Source: Camelus ferus
Lineage: Eukaryota
NCBI RefSeq assembly: GCF_009834535.1
Contig: NC_045697.1
Location: 78,804,001 to 78,868,000, forward strand
Reading direction: 5' to 3'
DNA: 64,000 nucleotides
This document shows positions 40,521 to 54,019 of this stretch, in pieces. The stretch's first letter is position 1; each line of letters opens with the position of its first letter. Under the pieces are notes generated by a model. It saw only the letters and a program-made list of their open reading frames with translations. It was not told where the DNA came from and searched no databases. The position numbers were made by a program, and so were the translations under genes.

Positions 40521-41510
40521 TGTGGCAGAGATGACAACTGCTCATCAGTATCTGTGTTTTCCTCATCTTCCTGGGTTCACCACTAGAAGACATTTCTCAT
40601 TCTTCTTGCATTTAGGTGAGGCCACATGATTAGTGACTACTCACCAAGGAAGTTTAGAAAAAGTGGGACTTCATCTTTTTGTCATTCACTAGATGAATGA
40701 AGACTCTGAGGTGAAGGAAGAGCCATAACACAGAAGGAACAGAGGGGTGCTGGTCTGTCAATGCAGTGCCTTTCAGCACCAAATCTACCCCTCTTTGCCC
40801 TGCTTTGCTACCTAGGAGCTGGACTGTGTAAACAAACACTTCAACTTGGACAGTTGGCACAAGGTTAAGCTTGTCAGCAGGTGTCAGAGGGACATGCTAA
40901 GATGTAGGGGCTTCGCATCTTGGTTCCAAGGTGGGTTTTCCTATTGACTGGTGCAGCCCTTGGCAGGAAACAGCACGTCAAACACCTAGTGGCTCTCACT
41001 CTCCCTGCAAGCTTCCCTGGCGCCTCCACAGGCAGCTTCTCTGTGAATCTTTCTGGCACAGCAGGCAGTGTCCTGCTTGCCAGCCCCAGCCTGTGGCCTC
41101 TCAGCAGACCTTTCCACCTTCCCATGGGCCACAGCCACAATTCCTCCAAAGAGCTCTGATTCAGCTTTGGGGATCCTGAGGGGAGGGTCTACCAAGTTTA
41201 CTCCTTCCTTGAGTACTCTGCCTTAGCCTTTAGAAGTAGTGACTGCTCCTCATATCTGTTATTCCTCTATTCTTCAGAGTTCTCTCTACACCTTAGATAT
41301 TAATCCCACTAGTGAATAAATCTCCAGTTTAAATTTTCCTCGTTCAAATTACTGGTGTAGTTCCAGTCTCCTTAATGATATAGCATATCCCTGACTGATG
41401 GCTAGAAAAGAGACTTCTGCCCTCATCATCTGATACAAGAGTATGAACTAACTGTGTCTGGCTGCTAAAACTTGAGGGTTGGTGGGCATAGCAATCAGAC
41501 TACCTTGCAC
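40521..41510 (+). mobile_element. MLT1-type MaLR LTR split by an LTR33 insertion
   Basis: Starts TGTGGCAGAG...TCTTGCATTTAGGTGAGGCCACATGA. The MLT1-like 3' part resumes at ~41400. Confidence 0.6.
40756..41399 (+). mobile_element. LTR33-like ERVL solo LTR
   Basis: TGTCAATGCAGTGCCTTTCAGCACCAAATCTACCCCT start; AATAAA...TTCAAATTACTGGTGTAG...CCCTGACTGAT end. Confidence 0.75.
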
Positions 41511-41519
41511 AGTCAAATT

Positions 41520-42237
41520 ACAGAATTATGGTAGCAGTTAATATTTGGTAAACCAAGTACTCTAGGCTCCTCTTTTTCAAGCTGATATAGCTAATTTCAG
41601 ACAGTAATACTTTGATACGAAAACTTTTACTTTAATTCATTCCAGTAAATGAAAATTCCTCTCTACTGGAATTCTGACTGAGGTGATATATTTATGAAAT
41701 TTAATATTTTTATAATATTAACTATTTTCCCTGGGAAACAAGTCTCTATATTAGTTTAAGGTTTATATATGTCCTCCGGTAATGTTTTTAATTTTTTTTC
41801 AAACAGGAAATACCATGCTTGTTAAATTTCTTTTATCCCTACTTCAAGTGAGATCTCTTTCTGTTTCCATTTTTAAATTGTTCTTCTCAATCCAAAGAAT
41901 TTCTATAGATTTTTGCATATTGATTGTTTTATCTAGCCAATCTGCCAAATTTTCTTTAAATTTTAGTAAGTTTTTAAGAAAATCTTTTGGATTTTTATCA
42001 TCTGAAATAGAGATAAATCGACCTAATATTTACATTATTGTTTCACTTCTTATTGCACTAGCCAAAATCTCTTTAAAAGCATTTACATAGGGATGAAAGT
42101 GAGTATCCCAATATTTGTCCTGCTTTTTCTGGAAATAGCTTAATATTATGTCATTTATTTTGTTATTTACTGTTGAGATAAAATTAACTTGTTCTCTTCC
42201 TTTTCACTTAGAGTTTTAGATAAGAAAGAGTTGCTGG
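41520..42237 (-). mobile_element. Ancient L1 fragment that hosts the young L1 (continues at ~43944-44030)
   Basis: GATTTTTGCATATTGATTG...CTTATTGCACTAGCCAAA...GGGATGAAAGTGAGTATCC are reverse L1 ORF2 motifs. Confidence 0.65.
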
Positions 42238-43604
42238 CTACCCAAGGCAATCTACAGATTTAATGCAATCCCTATTAAATGACCCAGGACATATTTCACA
42301 GAAATAGAACAAATCATAATAAAATTTATATGGAACCACAAAAGACCTGGAATTGCCAAAGCATTACTGAAGAGAAAGAAAGAGGCTGGAGGAATAACTC
42401 TCCCAGACTTAAGACAATACTACAGAGCTACAGTAATCAAGACAGCATGGTATTGGTACAAAAACAGACATATGAACCAATGGAACAGAATAGAGAACCC
42501 AGAAATGAACCCACAAACTTCTGGTCAACTAATCTTCGACAAAGGAGGCAAGAATATACAATGGAATAAACACAGTCTCTTCAGCAAATGGTGTGGGGAA
42601 AACTGGACAGCAGCATGTAAATCAATGAAGCTAGAACATTCCCTCACACCATACACAAAAATAAACTCAAAATGGATCAAAGACTTAAACATAAGACAAG
42701 ATAAAATAAACCTCCTAGAAGAAAATAGAGGCAAAACATTACCTCACATGTATCTCAAAAATGCTCTCCTAGGGCAGTCTACCCAAGCAATAGAACTAAA
42801 AGCAAGAATAAATAAAAGGGACCCAATTAAACTTACAAGCTTCTGCACAGCAAAGGAAACCATTAAGTAAAACAAAAAGACAATCTATGGAATGGGAGAA
42901 AATTTTTGCAAATGATGAAACTGACAAACACTTGATCTCCAGAATATACAAGCAGCTCATGTGACATAATAAGAAAAAAACAACCCAATCCAAAAATGGG
43001 CAGAAGACCTAAACAAGCAATTTTCCAAGGAAGAAATACAAATGATCAATAGGCACATGAAAAAATGCTCAATATCACTAATTATCAGAGGAATGCAAAT
43101 CAAAACTACGATGAGGTATCACCTCACACCAGTCAGAATGGCCATCATTCAAAAGTCCATAAATGACAAATGCTGGAGAGGCTGTGGAGAAAAGGGAACC
43201 CTCCTACACTGCTAGTGGGAATGCAGTTTGGTGCAGCCACTGTGGAAAACAGTATGGAGATTCCTCAAAAGACTAGGAATAGACTTACCATATGACCCAG
43301 GAATCCCACTCCTGGGCATATATCCAGAAGGAACCCTATTTCAAAAAGACATCTGCACCCTAATGTTCACAGCAGCACTATTTACAATAGCCAAGACATG
43401 GAAACAGCCTAAATGTCCATCAACAGGTGACTGGATAAAGAAGAGGTGGTGTATTTATACAATGGAATACCATTCAGCCATAAAAAACAACAACATAACA
43501 CCATCTGCAGCAACATGGATGTCCCCAGGGAATGTCATTCTAAGTGAAGCAAGCCAGAATGAGAAAGAAAAATGCCATATGAGATCACTCATATGTGGAA
43601 TCAA
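42238..43604 (+). pseudogene. Disrupted L1 ORF2 C-terminal segment including the CCHC zinc-knuckle region
   Basis: ORF-track pieces 42472-42870 and 43228-43647. In-frame stops near 42280 and 43215; frameshift near 42865. Confidence 0.9.
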
Positions 43605-43930
43605 AAAAAAAAATGAACATAAATACAAAACAGAAACAGACTCATAGACATAGAATACAAACTTGTGGTTGCCGAGGGGGAGGGGAGTGGGAAGGGACAG
43701 ACTGGGATTTCAAAATTTGCAGATACTGACAGGTGTAGACAGAATAGATAAACAAGTTTATACTGTATAGCACAGGGAAATATATACATGGTCTTGTGGT
43801 AGATCACAGTGAAAAAAAACATGACAATGAATATATGTATGTTCATGTATAACTGAAAAATTGTGCTCTACACTGGAATTTGACACAACACTGTAAAATG
43901 ACTATAGCTCAATAAAAAATGTTTAAAAAA
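42238..43930 (+). mobile_element. Young lineage-specific 5'-truncated L1: ORF2 C-terminus, 3'UTR and polyA
   Basis: Translates LPKAIYRFNAIPIK*PRTYF...AWYWYKNRH...[17 protein letters not shown]...KTWKQPKCPS. AATAAA at 43911, then an A-tail. 13-bp TSD AAAGAGTTGCTGG at 42225-42237 and 43931-43943. Confidence 0.97.
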
Positions 43931-45179
43931 AAAGAGTTGCTGGGTTTTATTAAGTGTCTTTCAACATTCGTTGGTATAATAATATAGTTTGCTATTTAAT
44001 TGGTTGATTTAAGGAATTAGATTTCCTCCCAGTAACAATGGGCCTCTACTAGCCACAACTCTCTTTCATAGGATCCAAGGCATGCTCCTCACCTTGAAAT
44101 TGTCCACAGAAGACTGAGTTGGGAGGAGGAACCACAGAACTCCAAGTGTTCAGCATGACACCTTGCTCCCTTAACTCTGCACTGCCAACACAACTGTAGG
44201 GTACTCAGCACTCCCCACTGTTCCCAGTGAAGCCACTCACTCTTCACCCCCAAGAACTCCTAACATCACCAGTGCAATTGCTTAACAATCCTTTGAAGGA
44301 TGATATAATTAGATCTGACCATCTACATGTTCCTGAGAGAACTTTAAGACTAATACCATCATGTCCTATATCCCTTGTTAAGCTAGTCCCATCACTGAAA
44401 GTCAAAGTACCCCACATTCCTTAGGCTGTCTTAATTCCCAGACTCTTAGCCCCTCACAGCTGCACAGATCACCTAATTTGAATCAAGCTCGTAGTCCTGC
44501 TAGGACCTGCAGAGCCACTTGCCATAACTCTTACCTTGAAACTTACCGGGATATTCTTTGAGAATTTTACATTGATCCTTCAAGTTACCTTCACCCAAAT
44601 CTATAACATGTGGTGTAGCAATCTCTCCATGTTTAACACAACATACTTACTTTTGTGGGGAGTACTAACTAGGAAGAATGTGTGAAGATTTAAGAGACCA
44701 CTTTACATTAATCTCCTTAATCTTTCTATTGGAAGTCATCCCAGTCTGCACTACATGATCTTCATCTCATTCCTCTGTTAAATTTCTCTGGGACAAATTC
44801 ATAGTTTCTGAAGAGTGACAACTAAAATCTACCTGTCCCCCAACTTTTCCAGTCCCTTCTTTAAAGAGAGTTTAATCCTCAGTATGTTTCCTCTTTTTTT
44901 CTCCTCTTTTTCCAATTTATACTGGACTTTAATACCCTATTTTCCCTTTTCTGTCTCTGTGTCTTTGAGGATCGTGGCTTTCTCTTACAGAACTGCTTCT
45001 GTGCTTTTAATTTAGTCAGTCTTATTTCCTCATTTTGTTTGCAAAAGACTGTTTTTTTGCAATCTCCCCCTGCTCTTGTTATGATGGTAAGATTGAAACA
45101 TGTATTTCAAATCACTCTAGTTCACCTTCGATATTCTGAACAAAAGCTGATTCTTAAAAATAAAAATCAAACCTGTTTT

Positions 45180-45960
45180 TATAGTTTTTGTTAATAAACT
45201 TTTGATTTAAAAACAGCCTAGATTCAGAAAGAAGCATGTAAATGAATAGTTTGATGACTTATTACAAAATGAACTTATGATACATACAACCATTATTACC
45301 CAGGGCAAAAACTAGATTACCCCCAGCACCCAGACAACCCTATTTTGCCACTTGCCAATCACACCCACCCCTTACTTACTACTTTGACTTCTAACACCAT
45401 TTCCTATTTTTTACCTTCACACAAATTAAATTTTATAGCATATTTTTTTTATATTTCTGGCTTCTTTTACTCAATGTAATATTTAGAAAATGCACTCATG
45501 TTGTTGCATGTAGCAGTAATTTATTTCTATTGCTGTAAAATAATCAATTTTATAAATATACCAAGATTGGGGTTGGGAGTATAGCCCAGCGGTAAGGTGT
45601 GTGCTTAGCATGCATGGAGGTCCTGGGTTTGATCCCCAGCACCTCCATTAAAACACACACAAAATATACCAAGATACATCTATATCCATTTTTTATTAGT
45701 GAACGTTTATAATTGAAGGATAATTGCTTTTATGAGCAATTTAGATTTTATAAATTCTACCTATAGCTACAAGAGACTATCTTTCCTCTGGACCATTACA
45801 AATAATGCTTCTTTGAATATTCCTGTACGTCTCTTTCAGTTGGAATATAGATTCAACTTTGTTGAAAACATACCAAAGGAGCAGAATTGCTGGTCACAAG
45901 GATCCACTGAGCAAGGATCTAGGTGGTGCAATTTCATGCACAAGACTTTGGTATACTTTC
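45180..45960 (-). mobile_element. Ancient L1 (L1ME-like) 3' end
   Basis: TTTCTGGCTTCTTTTACTCAATGTAAT...CATGTTGTTGCATGTAGCAGTA...GCAGAATTGCTGGTCA. Confidence 0.75.
45568..45661 (+). mobile_element. tRNA-derived short SINE (camelid Vic-1-like)
   Basis: GGGAGTATAGCCCAGCGGTA (A box)...GGTCCTGGGTTTGATCCCCAGCACCTCC (B box), A/AC tail. 14-bp TSD AAATATACCAAGAT at 45554-45567 and 45662-45675. Confidence 0.88.
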
Positions 45961-46200
45961 AAAAAGTTAAATAATAACTTTTTTTAACAAGTATATATCC
46001 CAGAGAGACATAACTGACCTAAAAAAATCACATCCTATAGAAGCAAGTACTATGATTGTTGCTGAACATTTCCCAATGTTTAGGCAGAAATGTTACTAAG
46101 ACTTGAAAAGGCAATTAACCATATATCACAGTTTGAAAAACCCAGACTATAGAGGGCCTTAATGGTCAGAATATGATGTTTGCATTATATTCTCTGAATA

Positions 46201-46246
46201 ATGGACACCGAACAGCAGAGTGATGGACACTGAACAACAGAGTGAT
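46201..46246. repeat. 22-bp tandem duplication within an L2-like fragment
   Basis: ATGGACACCGAACAGCAGAGTG followed by ATGGACACTGAACAACAGAGTG. Confidence 0.9.
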
Positions 46247-47719
46247 CTGGTCAAAGTGATACTCTAAGGACACATTCTGGCAGAATGGATAGAGTAGAAT
46301 AAAGTGTGAATTTAAGTGCACCATTTAAAAGCTGCTTCAGAGTGGTCTCTTTCTGGAGACTTTAAAACATGGGGGAGATAAAAGGAGAGCTTTAGAAATG
46401 CACCAAAAATGAATCCAGAAATGAATCTTCTTTTGTAGTAGTTTCATCACATTTAAATGCAACAAGAATGCCACCATCAGGCTTTTCCCAGGTTAAATTC
46501 ATCTCACAACTTCTAGTCCTAATTTCAAGTTTGGTTCCAATATTGTAGGAATATCTAAGACCAAACTGATTGAGTTAAAAAGGAAAGCAAAATGTTATTC
46601 CTTTTAAAAATGACAATTACTAGAAGGCTTAGCAGAAAAAAAAAAGATTATCCTTCAAAAGCACAGCAGGCATGCACAGAATTGTTCTAACAATTTTATT
46701 CATGCGAATAAAGTCACTGTATTTCTACTCTATGAGGGAGTTTCTCAAATTACTCAAAATCTTGCTTTGGGTGTCTTTGCTTTTAGAAGCCCAGGAGGTA
46801 CTCATGGAGGATAATTGCTACCTTCCCACAGAGATGAGAACAGAACCCTTTAAGAATTTCTTCAAATGTTTCCACAGAAGCACAACGCTCACCTTAGTGT
46901 TGGCCTAGTCACTATGTGAACACCATTATCATTTCCAGCTGGGAAACATCAACTCCAAATCATTTCTGAGAACTTAATCCAGATTATGGCAGATGTTTTG
47001 GGTCGTATATTTTTTAAATAAACTACAAAATACAATAGTAGCCATCTGTTTTAGAAGTTTCTGTTTATTGTTTTCTATGGAATAACAAGCAAAAATAGAA
47101 ATAAAAGAAAACAGCTGTCATGGAAAACTCTGAAAGGCAGAAAATTTTGCTTTTAAACTAATATTGAAATAGCACATCAGTCATTTTGAATAATCAGATT
47201 TGTTTTTTAAAAGTCTGGTTATAATTTTTTTTATTAAATTGTCTAGTTTTATTGGCATCACTATTGTCTCAAGCCATTAATAACTGAAGATTATAAAATC
47301 TTAAAATTTATATAAACTGAAAATAGCTTCCCACTGACATATATATAATGTGCTGACATATACGATAAAGATTTTATTTAAACTTCCACTTAAAATGGCA
47401 GTGGGTTGGCAGCCCCACAAATTGACCTCTCACAACTTCCCACTTGAAATATATTCATACTGACAGAAATGATATTGCTGGAATTTGGGAGGAATTTTTA
47501 CAAACAATAAGATTGATCTAACTGTATAGAGAGAAAAAAATCTGCCTACCCAAAAGAATGGAGGAAGAAAATATATTCTCTTTCATTGTCTTCCTATGGA
47601 TTCAGAACTCTACAGAATGTATCTTTGCTTCCAGACCATTATTATTTTCACCCTTCATAAAGAACCTGCTCTTTGAGACTCATGCATTTTTGTTATACTC
47701 TCTGCCCCTTTCTTGTTAC

Positions 47720-48950
47720 TGTAGTCAAATGAAATGGATGCCTGTGTCACCTGGCCCACAGTCTTCTTCTCCACGTTAAAGCCTGCCATCCCCCTGAAGG
47801 GCTTCGGTGTTCCAGCAAAACCAGCCCTGCAGTTAGTTACCTGGTCTACCGGTTCCAAGTAACTTTCTCTTCCACTTCCAACTCAGATACCCACAACCCA
47901 AATCCGTTTTTGTCATCATCCACAATTGTTCCACCTCCAAAAGCACTCATTCAAGTATTTTGCTTTCTCATGACAACTTCTCCTTCCACCTTGTTCAACT
48001 TCTCCCCTGAAACAATGTTTTGGCCTCGTTAGACCACCAGCCCACGGGTGTATCTACAGGGCTCTTCCAACATGTAAATGATCTCCTTTCTTTCATAGCA
48101 CTCTTGCCAGATCCCAATCACCTTAAACACCTGACTGCAAACCCTACAATCTAGATAAAAGCAAAACCAAATGTATTTAACAAAGTTTGATGGAAAGAGG
48201 AGAAAAAGACGAAAGGCAAAGCCCTCCGCTACTCAGCTTTGTGTCTCCCCCTCCTAGTCGAGCATCTTCAAGATCCATTACTATCTGGTTTTTTTTCTGC
48301 TTCCTGCTGGTAAATATGAGCCATACCCTGCAGCACACACCACCTGAAGAAGCAGTTCTTCCCGGGACAGACCACACTGACACCTGGCTCCACTGACTTA
48401 GAAAAGTTAAGGGTAAGTAGTAAAAGAGCATGAGAAGAATAAACATATTTTTCAAGAAATCTGCTTCAGAGAGGCCTTTGCCTCCATGCTGTCCTCTAGC
48501 AGGAGGAGGTGGTTTAGCCAGCCTGAGATTTTCACAGGAATCTGTGGGTTTGTGGTTCTCAAGAGCATCTGCCCAAATGTCCCTATACCAGGTCTTTGAC
48601 TTTAGCATCGGAGACCAGCTAGGACTATTAATTCAATCTCCTGTAACTCTGCCAGTCTTATCATCAAATGTCAGGCCTCGTTTTCAGTACAGGTGGCTCT
48701 CTAAGTTGCAGGAGATGAGACTCTCTTTAAATGTTGCTCTGTAAGCTTTCTGCTGAAGTGCCTTAAACAAGTAGTTATTCTCTCTGACCCTGTCATTCTT
48801 TTTGTGTGAAACTTCTGTAGCAGTAAACAAATGCAAATCATCTCCACTATTGTTACAATAAACACAGTGCCCCAACTCTTTCAAGTGCTAAAGCTATCAC
48901 ATAAACCAGCACTTCCCTTTCTTCTGTGTTCCATCCTTGTTCCCTAACCA
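47720..48950 (-). mobile_element. ERVL-MaLR internal sequence (MLT-int), gag-like remnant
   Basis: Minus-strand translation FKESLISC... and ...KTWYRDIWAD resembles MaLR internal ORF motifs (LKESLISC; W.GDIW.D). Confidence 0.65.
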
Positions 48951-49099
48951 CTGCACACAATATGAAAATTCAGTCATGTAGTAAGACACAAAGTGAATAT
49001 ACCAACTTATACATAGAAAAAATAATCAATTAGAAGACACAGTGGGGAGAATATCTCATTTATAATACCAATAAAAAGAGATTTCCTTAAATGCCTGCT

Positions 49100-49538
49100 A
49101 TGTAAATTAGCATTAGGTCTGGCTACATGCAACATAAAACCCAAATAAACAGTGGCTGAGACACACAAGTGGTTATTGTTTAATGTGAAAAGTCCACTGG
49201 TCAGAAGCCCGAGACTAGAGTAGCAGTTCCACAGGTCCCTAAGGGTCCCAGGCTCCTTCCAGCTTTCTGGTCCAGCCACAGTGTCCCATTCTTACCGCAA
49301 GAAAGAGGAAAAAGAAGAACAAGCCTTCTCCTTTAAAGAACACGCCTCAAAACTGCACATATCACCTCCATTTATATCGCACTGTCCAAAACTTAGGCAA
49401 GACCAAGCCTGACTACAAGGGAAGCTGAAAAATAAAGCTTTCTATCTTGGGAGCCAAGTGCCAGCTAAAATTCAGGGCTTCCACTGCAGGCAAAGAAGGA
49501 GAGAAATGATACTGGGGACAACTACAAGTCTCTGTCAC
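49100..49538 (-). mobile_element. MLT1-type MaLR LTR
   Basis: AAACCCAAATAAACAGTGGCT...GGTCCCAGGCTCCTTCCAGCTTTCTG...CTACAAGGGAAGCTG...GTCTCTGTCACA. Confidence 0.8.
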
Positions 49539-51799
49539 ACCTTGGAACATCTAAGAAGAAATATTAAGCTCTCCAAAGAAATACTTTTTAATTGCCTGAG
49601 AGATACAAAAGAAGATCCAAACAAATGAAAGAGTACATCATGTTCTTGGGTAAGCAAAGAGAAATTTTACCTAATAAAATTTAGGCAAAAAAGTTGTAAT
49701 AGCCATGAATTTTAATGTCTCAAATAGTATAACAACACCATACATAAAACAAGACTGTCAAATATATGAGTAAATAACAGAAACACAATTATAGTAATAA
49801 ATTACAACCTTTGCCAGAGCAAATAAACAAAAACAAGGTTATAACTATTTTTAATAATAGAATAAATAACATCCAGATGTCAGCTAAAGTCATCTTCCTG
49901 TCAAAAATAAAATTGGCAAATGCCCACGTTACATGTCAGGCAAAAAGGTTCAGTGGCCTCCCCAAGACTTCTGGGAAATTCCTTTCCTTCTCAGGATTCC
50001 CGCTAGCCTTGTTCCTGCCCCTGAATCTGATTAGATTCTTGCTTTCCATCTCATTCTCCTTTTTCCACTGTGCATAGGTCCAGACATGGGACACAGATCT
50101 GTTTCTTCATTTATCAAACTGCTCATAAAGGATTTTTTTTGTTTATAGTCAACTTAACTGAAAGTTTGGGCCAGTGACAAGAAAACTACTTATACATACT
50201 TGGCAGTTTGGTAACTCCACTAGTATGAATTTCACCCATTTTTCTGATAAATCTAGCTTCTTGCCTTGTTACCTAGCTCTGCTTCCCCCAGGAAAGCTGC
50301 CCTAACATTTTCCTGTTGCTCTGTTTTCAGGGCCATTCCGTTCTGCCTTATCTCAGAAAATAGCATGTCCTCTCCTTTAAAGAACCTCCTCGAAACTGCA
50401 CATGCCACCTCTTTACACTGCACTGTCCAAAACTTATCAGTCAAGTGTCCAAAGGTTGCTGAATCTGTCTGTAACATCCCTAAAGAGTGAAATGGAGGAG
50501 TTGATAAATACTGAAAGTGCTTTTTATGTTCATGCTGCACCCAGTTGAGAACCACCCCTTAAAACACAGTGCTTATTTAGATTTACACAAAACAGAAACA
50601 AACTAAAACATAACCTTTTTCATTCATTTCCTTTTTCTCTCCATCCAAACTCCCTTCAGGGTTCCCACACTGTGACAGGGCTCCCTGTTGCTTTATTCTG
50701 GTTTATGCTACTCTTCTGCTTAACACCAACAGGCTGTGGGTGGTGGCCTCTGTGTGAAAGGCACTGCACGAATTCATCTCTCATGGAGCCCTCTCGTGTG
50801 TTGAGTTATTCACCCTGTCTTGAGGCTGTTCTCTGCCATGGGAGTTCAAGCCTGTACTTCCAGGTCCTTTTCTTGGCATGTCTTAATATCATGGTAAGGG
50901 GTCCTAAGCTATCTCATATGGCACCTATGCAATCATTCCTTGGTGATAAATTTACTGTTAGTTGATTTGTTTCCAAGTCTATGTAAAAGATATTGTACAC
51001 TGCTGAATTAAACAATGCAAAGAACCAAAAGCTTATTTCCTAGGACAGACACAATTTGGTGGGTACTGGTTTATGTAATTTCATTTTACTTATAAGTAGA
51101 GTTCTGCAGATTTTGTTTTACTTTAATACAAGTATTTTTCCCCTTCAGGTAAAAGTCTATTTTTAAAATAATACTTAAACTTATATACATATTGTTGCAA
51201 ACTTTACTTCTCATCATTTTACTTCTCAACAAAGATAAGGTCTCTAATTTCTAATTTCACTCACCTCAGTTGCCACCCCCAAGACTCACTACTACATATT
51301 TGCACAGGAAGTTAGCTTTCCAAAAGTTCAGAGATCAAATCATATCTGATAAGCAAATAATCCAATGGTTTGAGTTAAACATAGAAAAATTAATAGAAGC
51401 TTTGAAAGTTCAGTCTTTTGTTTCTCATCCCACTCCAATCTCTTTCCCAATAAAAGTATACATCATTTTTGCCATCCTCTCAGAAAGCAAAAAGCAATTA
51501 CAAATGTTTTGTTTTAAATAAAATCGCCCCATCCAATATAATTAGGCATACCAGAATATGCAGATGAAGAGACAATAAGCCAAATTTATCCCATAAACAA
51601 AGCTGAGGCTGAAGAAGTGTATCCATACAACTATTTTTTTTTTCAATATTTGAGTTTATGTCTTGGTATGTGCTCTCCCTGCCACCTAATTGGCACCACT
51701 CCCTAATGAATTACATCTGGCAGCTGAGCACATTATATAACTTAACCTGATTTCTGAAGGTAGTTTGTATTGACCTGAAACAAATGTGAACATACGGAT

Positions 51800-52960
51800 G
51801 CATGTATGTACGTCTCCTACCAACAGGGAATATGCCTTCTTTTCAAGCATACATAAAACATTTGTAAATATTGTTTCAAGAATGGAAAACAAATCAACGG
51901 AAGATTAGAGACTATCTTAAAACCAATAAAAATTTTAAAAGATCATAATAAATGAAAAAGAAGCATTGCAAACTAATGCATATGGAGGAATTATCCAAAG
52001 GTTTAGGGGAAATTATACTTTTGAGGAACAGATTAAGTTGGATCAAAATTTCAAATGATCATTCATTAAAATAAGTTTCATTTCAAAATAAAAGCAGAGA
52101 AGAGAAATATGACTATTTAACTGATCTTAGAATGGATAAGCACTTTCTAAACATAGACACAAATAAAATACATAATTAGGAAATGTTGCTAAATTTACCC
52201 ACATAGAGCTTGAAGCCCTCTGAAGGGTAAAACCTCATAAAATTATGGTACAATTAAAATTGAGAATGTTATTTATACTAATGACAGACATTTAATATCT
52301 GCCATATTAAAAACTCACTAAATTTGTAACAAGGGCTCTAGAACTTCTATTGAAAACTGACAAAGAATATGAATAGAAAATTCATAGATGATATATAAAT
52401 GGCTAATTATATATAAAATAAAATATTTAAGTTATTAATAAATAGGCATACCAACTAGAAGAGAAAAAAACCTTGATTGCGCTGTCTGACTGTCCTCTTC
52501 TCAAGCTAACAGTCCTGCCAGGAGTGTAGTGTGAAGGGTCTCTCACACCCAGCTGGTGAGATAAACTGGTATAAACTCTCTGGAAAATAATTAGACAAAA
52601 TGAACAAACATTAGTAAATGTACTTCTGTTTAACCTAAAAGAAATAGTCTCAGAGATGAGAATAAAGATTTATATCAAAGGAAGTTCATGACAAGACATA
52701 CATTAAAGCAAATACTGGAAACAATCTAACTTCCAATAGAAAAATAATTTAACAAATAATTTTTGAAGAATATTAAATGACATGGTAAATGTTTTAACAT
52801 AATATTAGATGTAAATGTATGGGTATTCATATACGTCAACTAATAAAAATTCAAAATCAAATTAAAAATCACAAAGGAAGTAAAATATTGAATATATTTA
52901 GGTAGTACAATGACAAAAGTTTTACTTTTTCCAAAAAAATCATCCAATGTTTTCTAAATT
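51800..52960 (+). mobile_element. Ancient L1 (L1M/L1ME-like) ORF2 and 3' fragments
   Basis: GGGAATATGCCTTCTTTTCAAGCATACAT, GGATCAAAA, GCTGGTGAGATAAACTGGTATAAACTCTCTGGAAAATAAT, CTGGAAACAATCTAA. Confidence 0.65.
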
Positions 52961-53559
52961 TTGTAATAATATGTGTGTATTATAAATATTTTTATAAAGT
53001 GCTGATTGAGTACTGAGTATTGTTTTCAATGGTTTAGAAATCTCTAATGAAAACACCTAAAATACAGCTTTATATCACTGTGGGTTTGCCACTACCATCA
53101 CAGCACAGAGTTTAAACCTATTTACATCTATCTACACTGAAGCATTTACTACAAACCTAAGTGTCAGAGACAGGCAGGAGGACAAGGAATTTTCTTGCCT
53201 TTGACAAGTGTCCAGGCATCAGCAGACAGACAAGCAAGTCAACTATGAGAATACAGTGCGCTAAAAGCTGTAACTGAGGTATTCACAGCATACGGTGCAA
53301 GCACAGTTGAAAACCATGACTTTACCCTAGAGGAAGGTGTTGGAAAACTTCCGCAGAGAAGGTCACCTATGATCTGACTCGTTCTTCCTCATTCCTCTTT
53401 TTTTTTCCCCCAGTATGTTAGAGACTGAGGAGATACAGTAAAGAGATAGAGCCCTTAAATTCGGCAACACAGTTATGTTATGAGGGGTTCTTGAAGTCAG
53501 CTAGAGAAAGGATTAGTCTTACTATATTAAATCTGAAAAATCTAAGAACCCTTCCTAAT

Positions 53560-54019
53560 ACATAGAGGAGGAAAATAACCCCCAGAGGAAACCAGAAATT
53601 GGGGGTGTTCAGAATTTTGCTACATCTTAGGCATAGAACTGGAATCCTAGGGGGCAGGATTTTCTCTTCAAGAAAGGTCAGACTGTCCAGCTGCAAGTTG
53701 TATGCAAGACTGACAGCCTCCAGCCATCAACTATATCAAGATCTGGTCCAGCTTTCCAGCTGAGATCACTCTTTTCTGAGGGTGGAGGGAGCTAAACAAT
53801 GACTGAACAAGACAGTGATACAGAGGCTGACTATTTCCACCTGATGTAGGACCCCTCTACCAGACAGCCATGCTCTAGACCCCTCGGTTGGGTATCATCA
53901 GGTCAGCATCGCAGACCAATGGCTTCCTCTCATTCATTTCTGCCTCATTTTCCCCTCCTTCCCCTTTTGCACTTCTATCCAGTCTCCATATCTACCTCCT
54001 AGAGAACCCAACTATCACA
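53560..54019 (+). mobile_element. LTR16-like ERVL solo LTR
   Basis: GACTGACAGCCTCCAGC...GAGGCTGACTATTTCCACCTGATGTAGGAC...CCTAGAGAACCCAACTATCACA terminus. Confidence 0.7.

Noticed and set aside
44030..45130. Possible ERV-internal remnant
   Set aside because: Composition is suggestive, but I could not anchor it to a recognisable motif, so it is not called.
45568..45661. Functional tRNA gene (also 55256-55365)
   Set aside because: TSDs, A-rich tails and substitutions in the stems and boxes indicate SINE retrocopies.
48177..48744. 143-aa and 104-aa ORFs as a domesticated gag gene
   Set aside because: The MaLR gag-like similarity is broken by stops and frameshifts; no continuous conserved frame.
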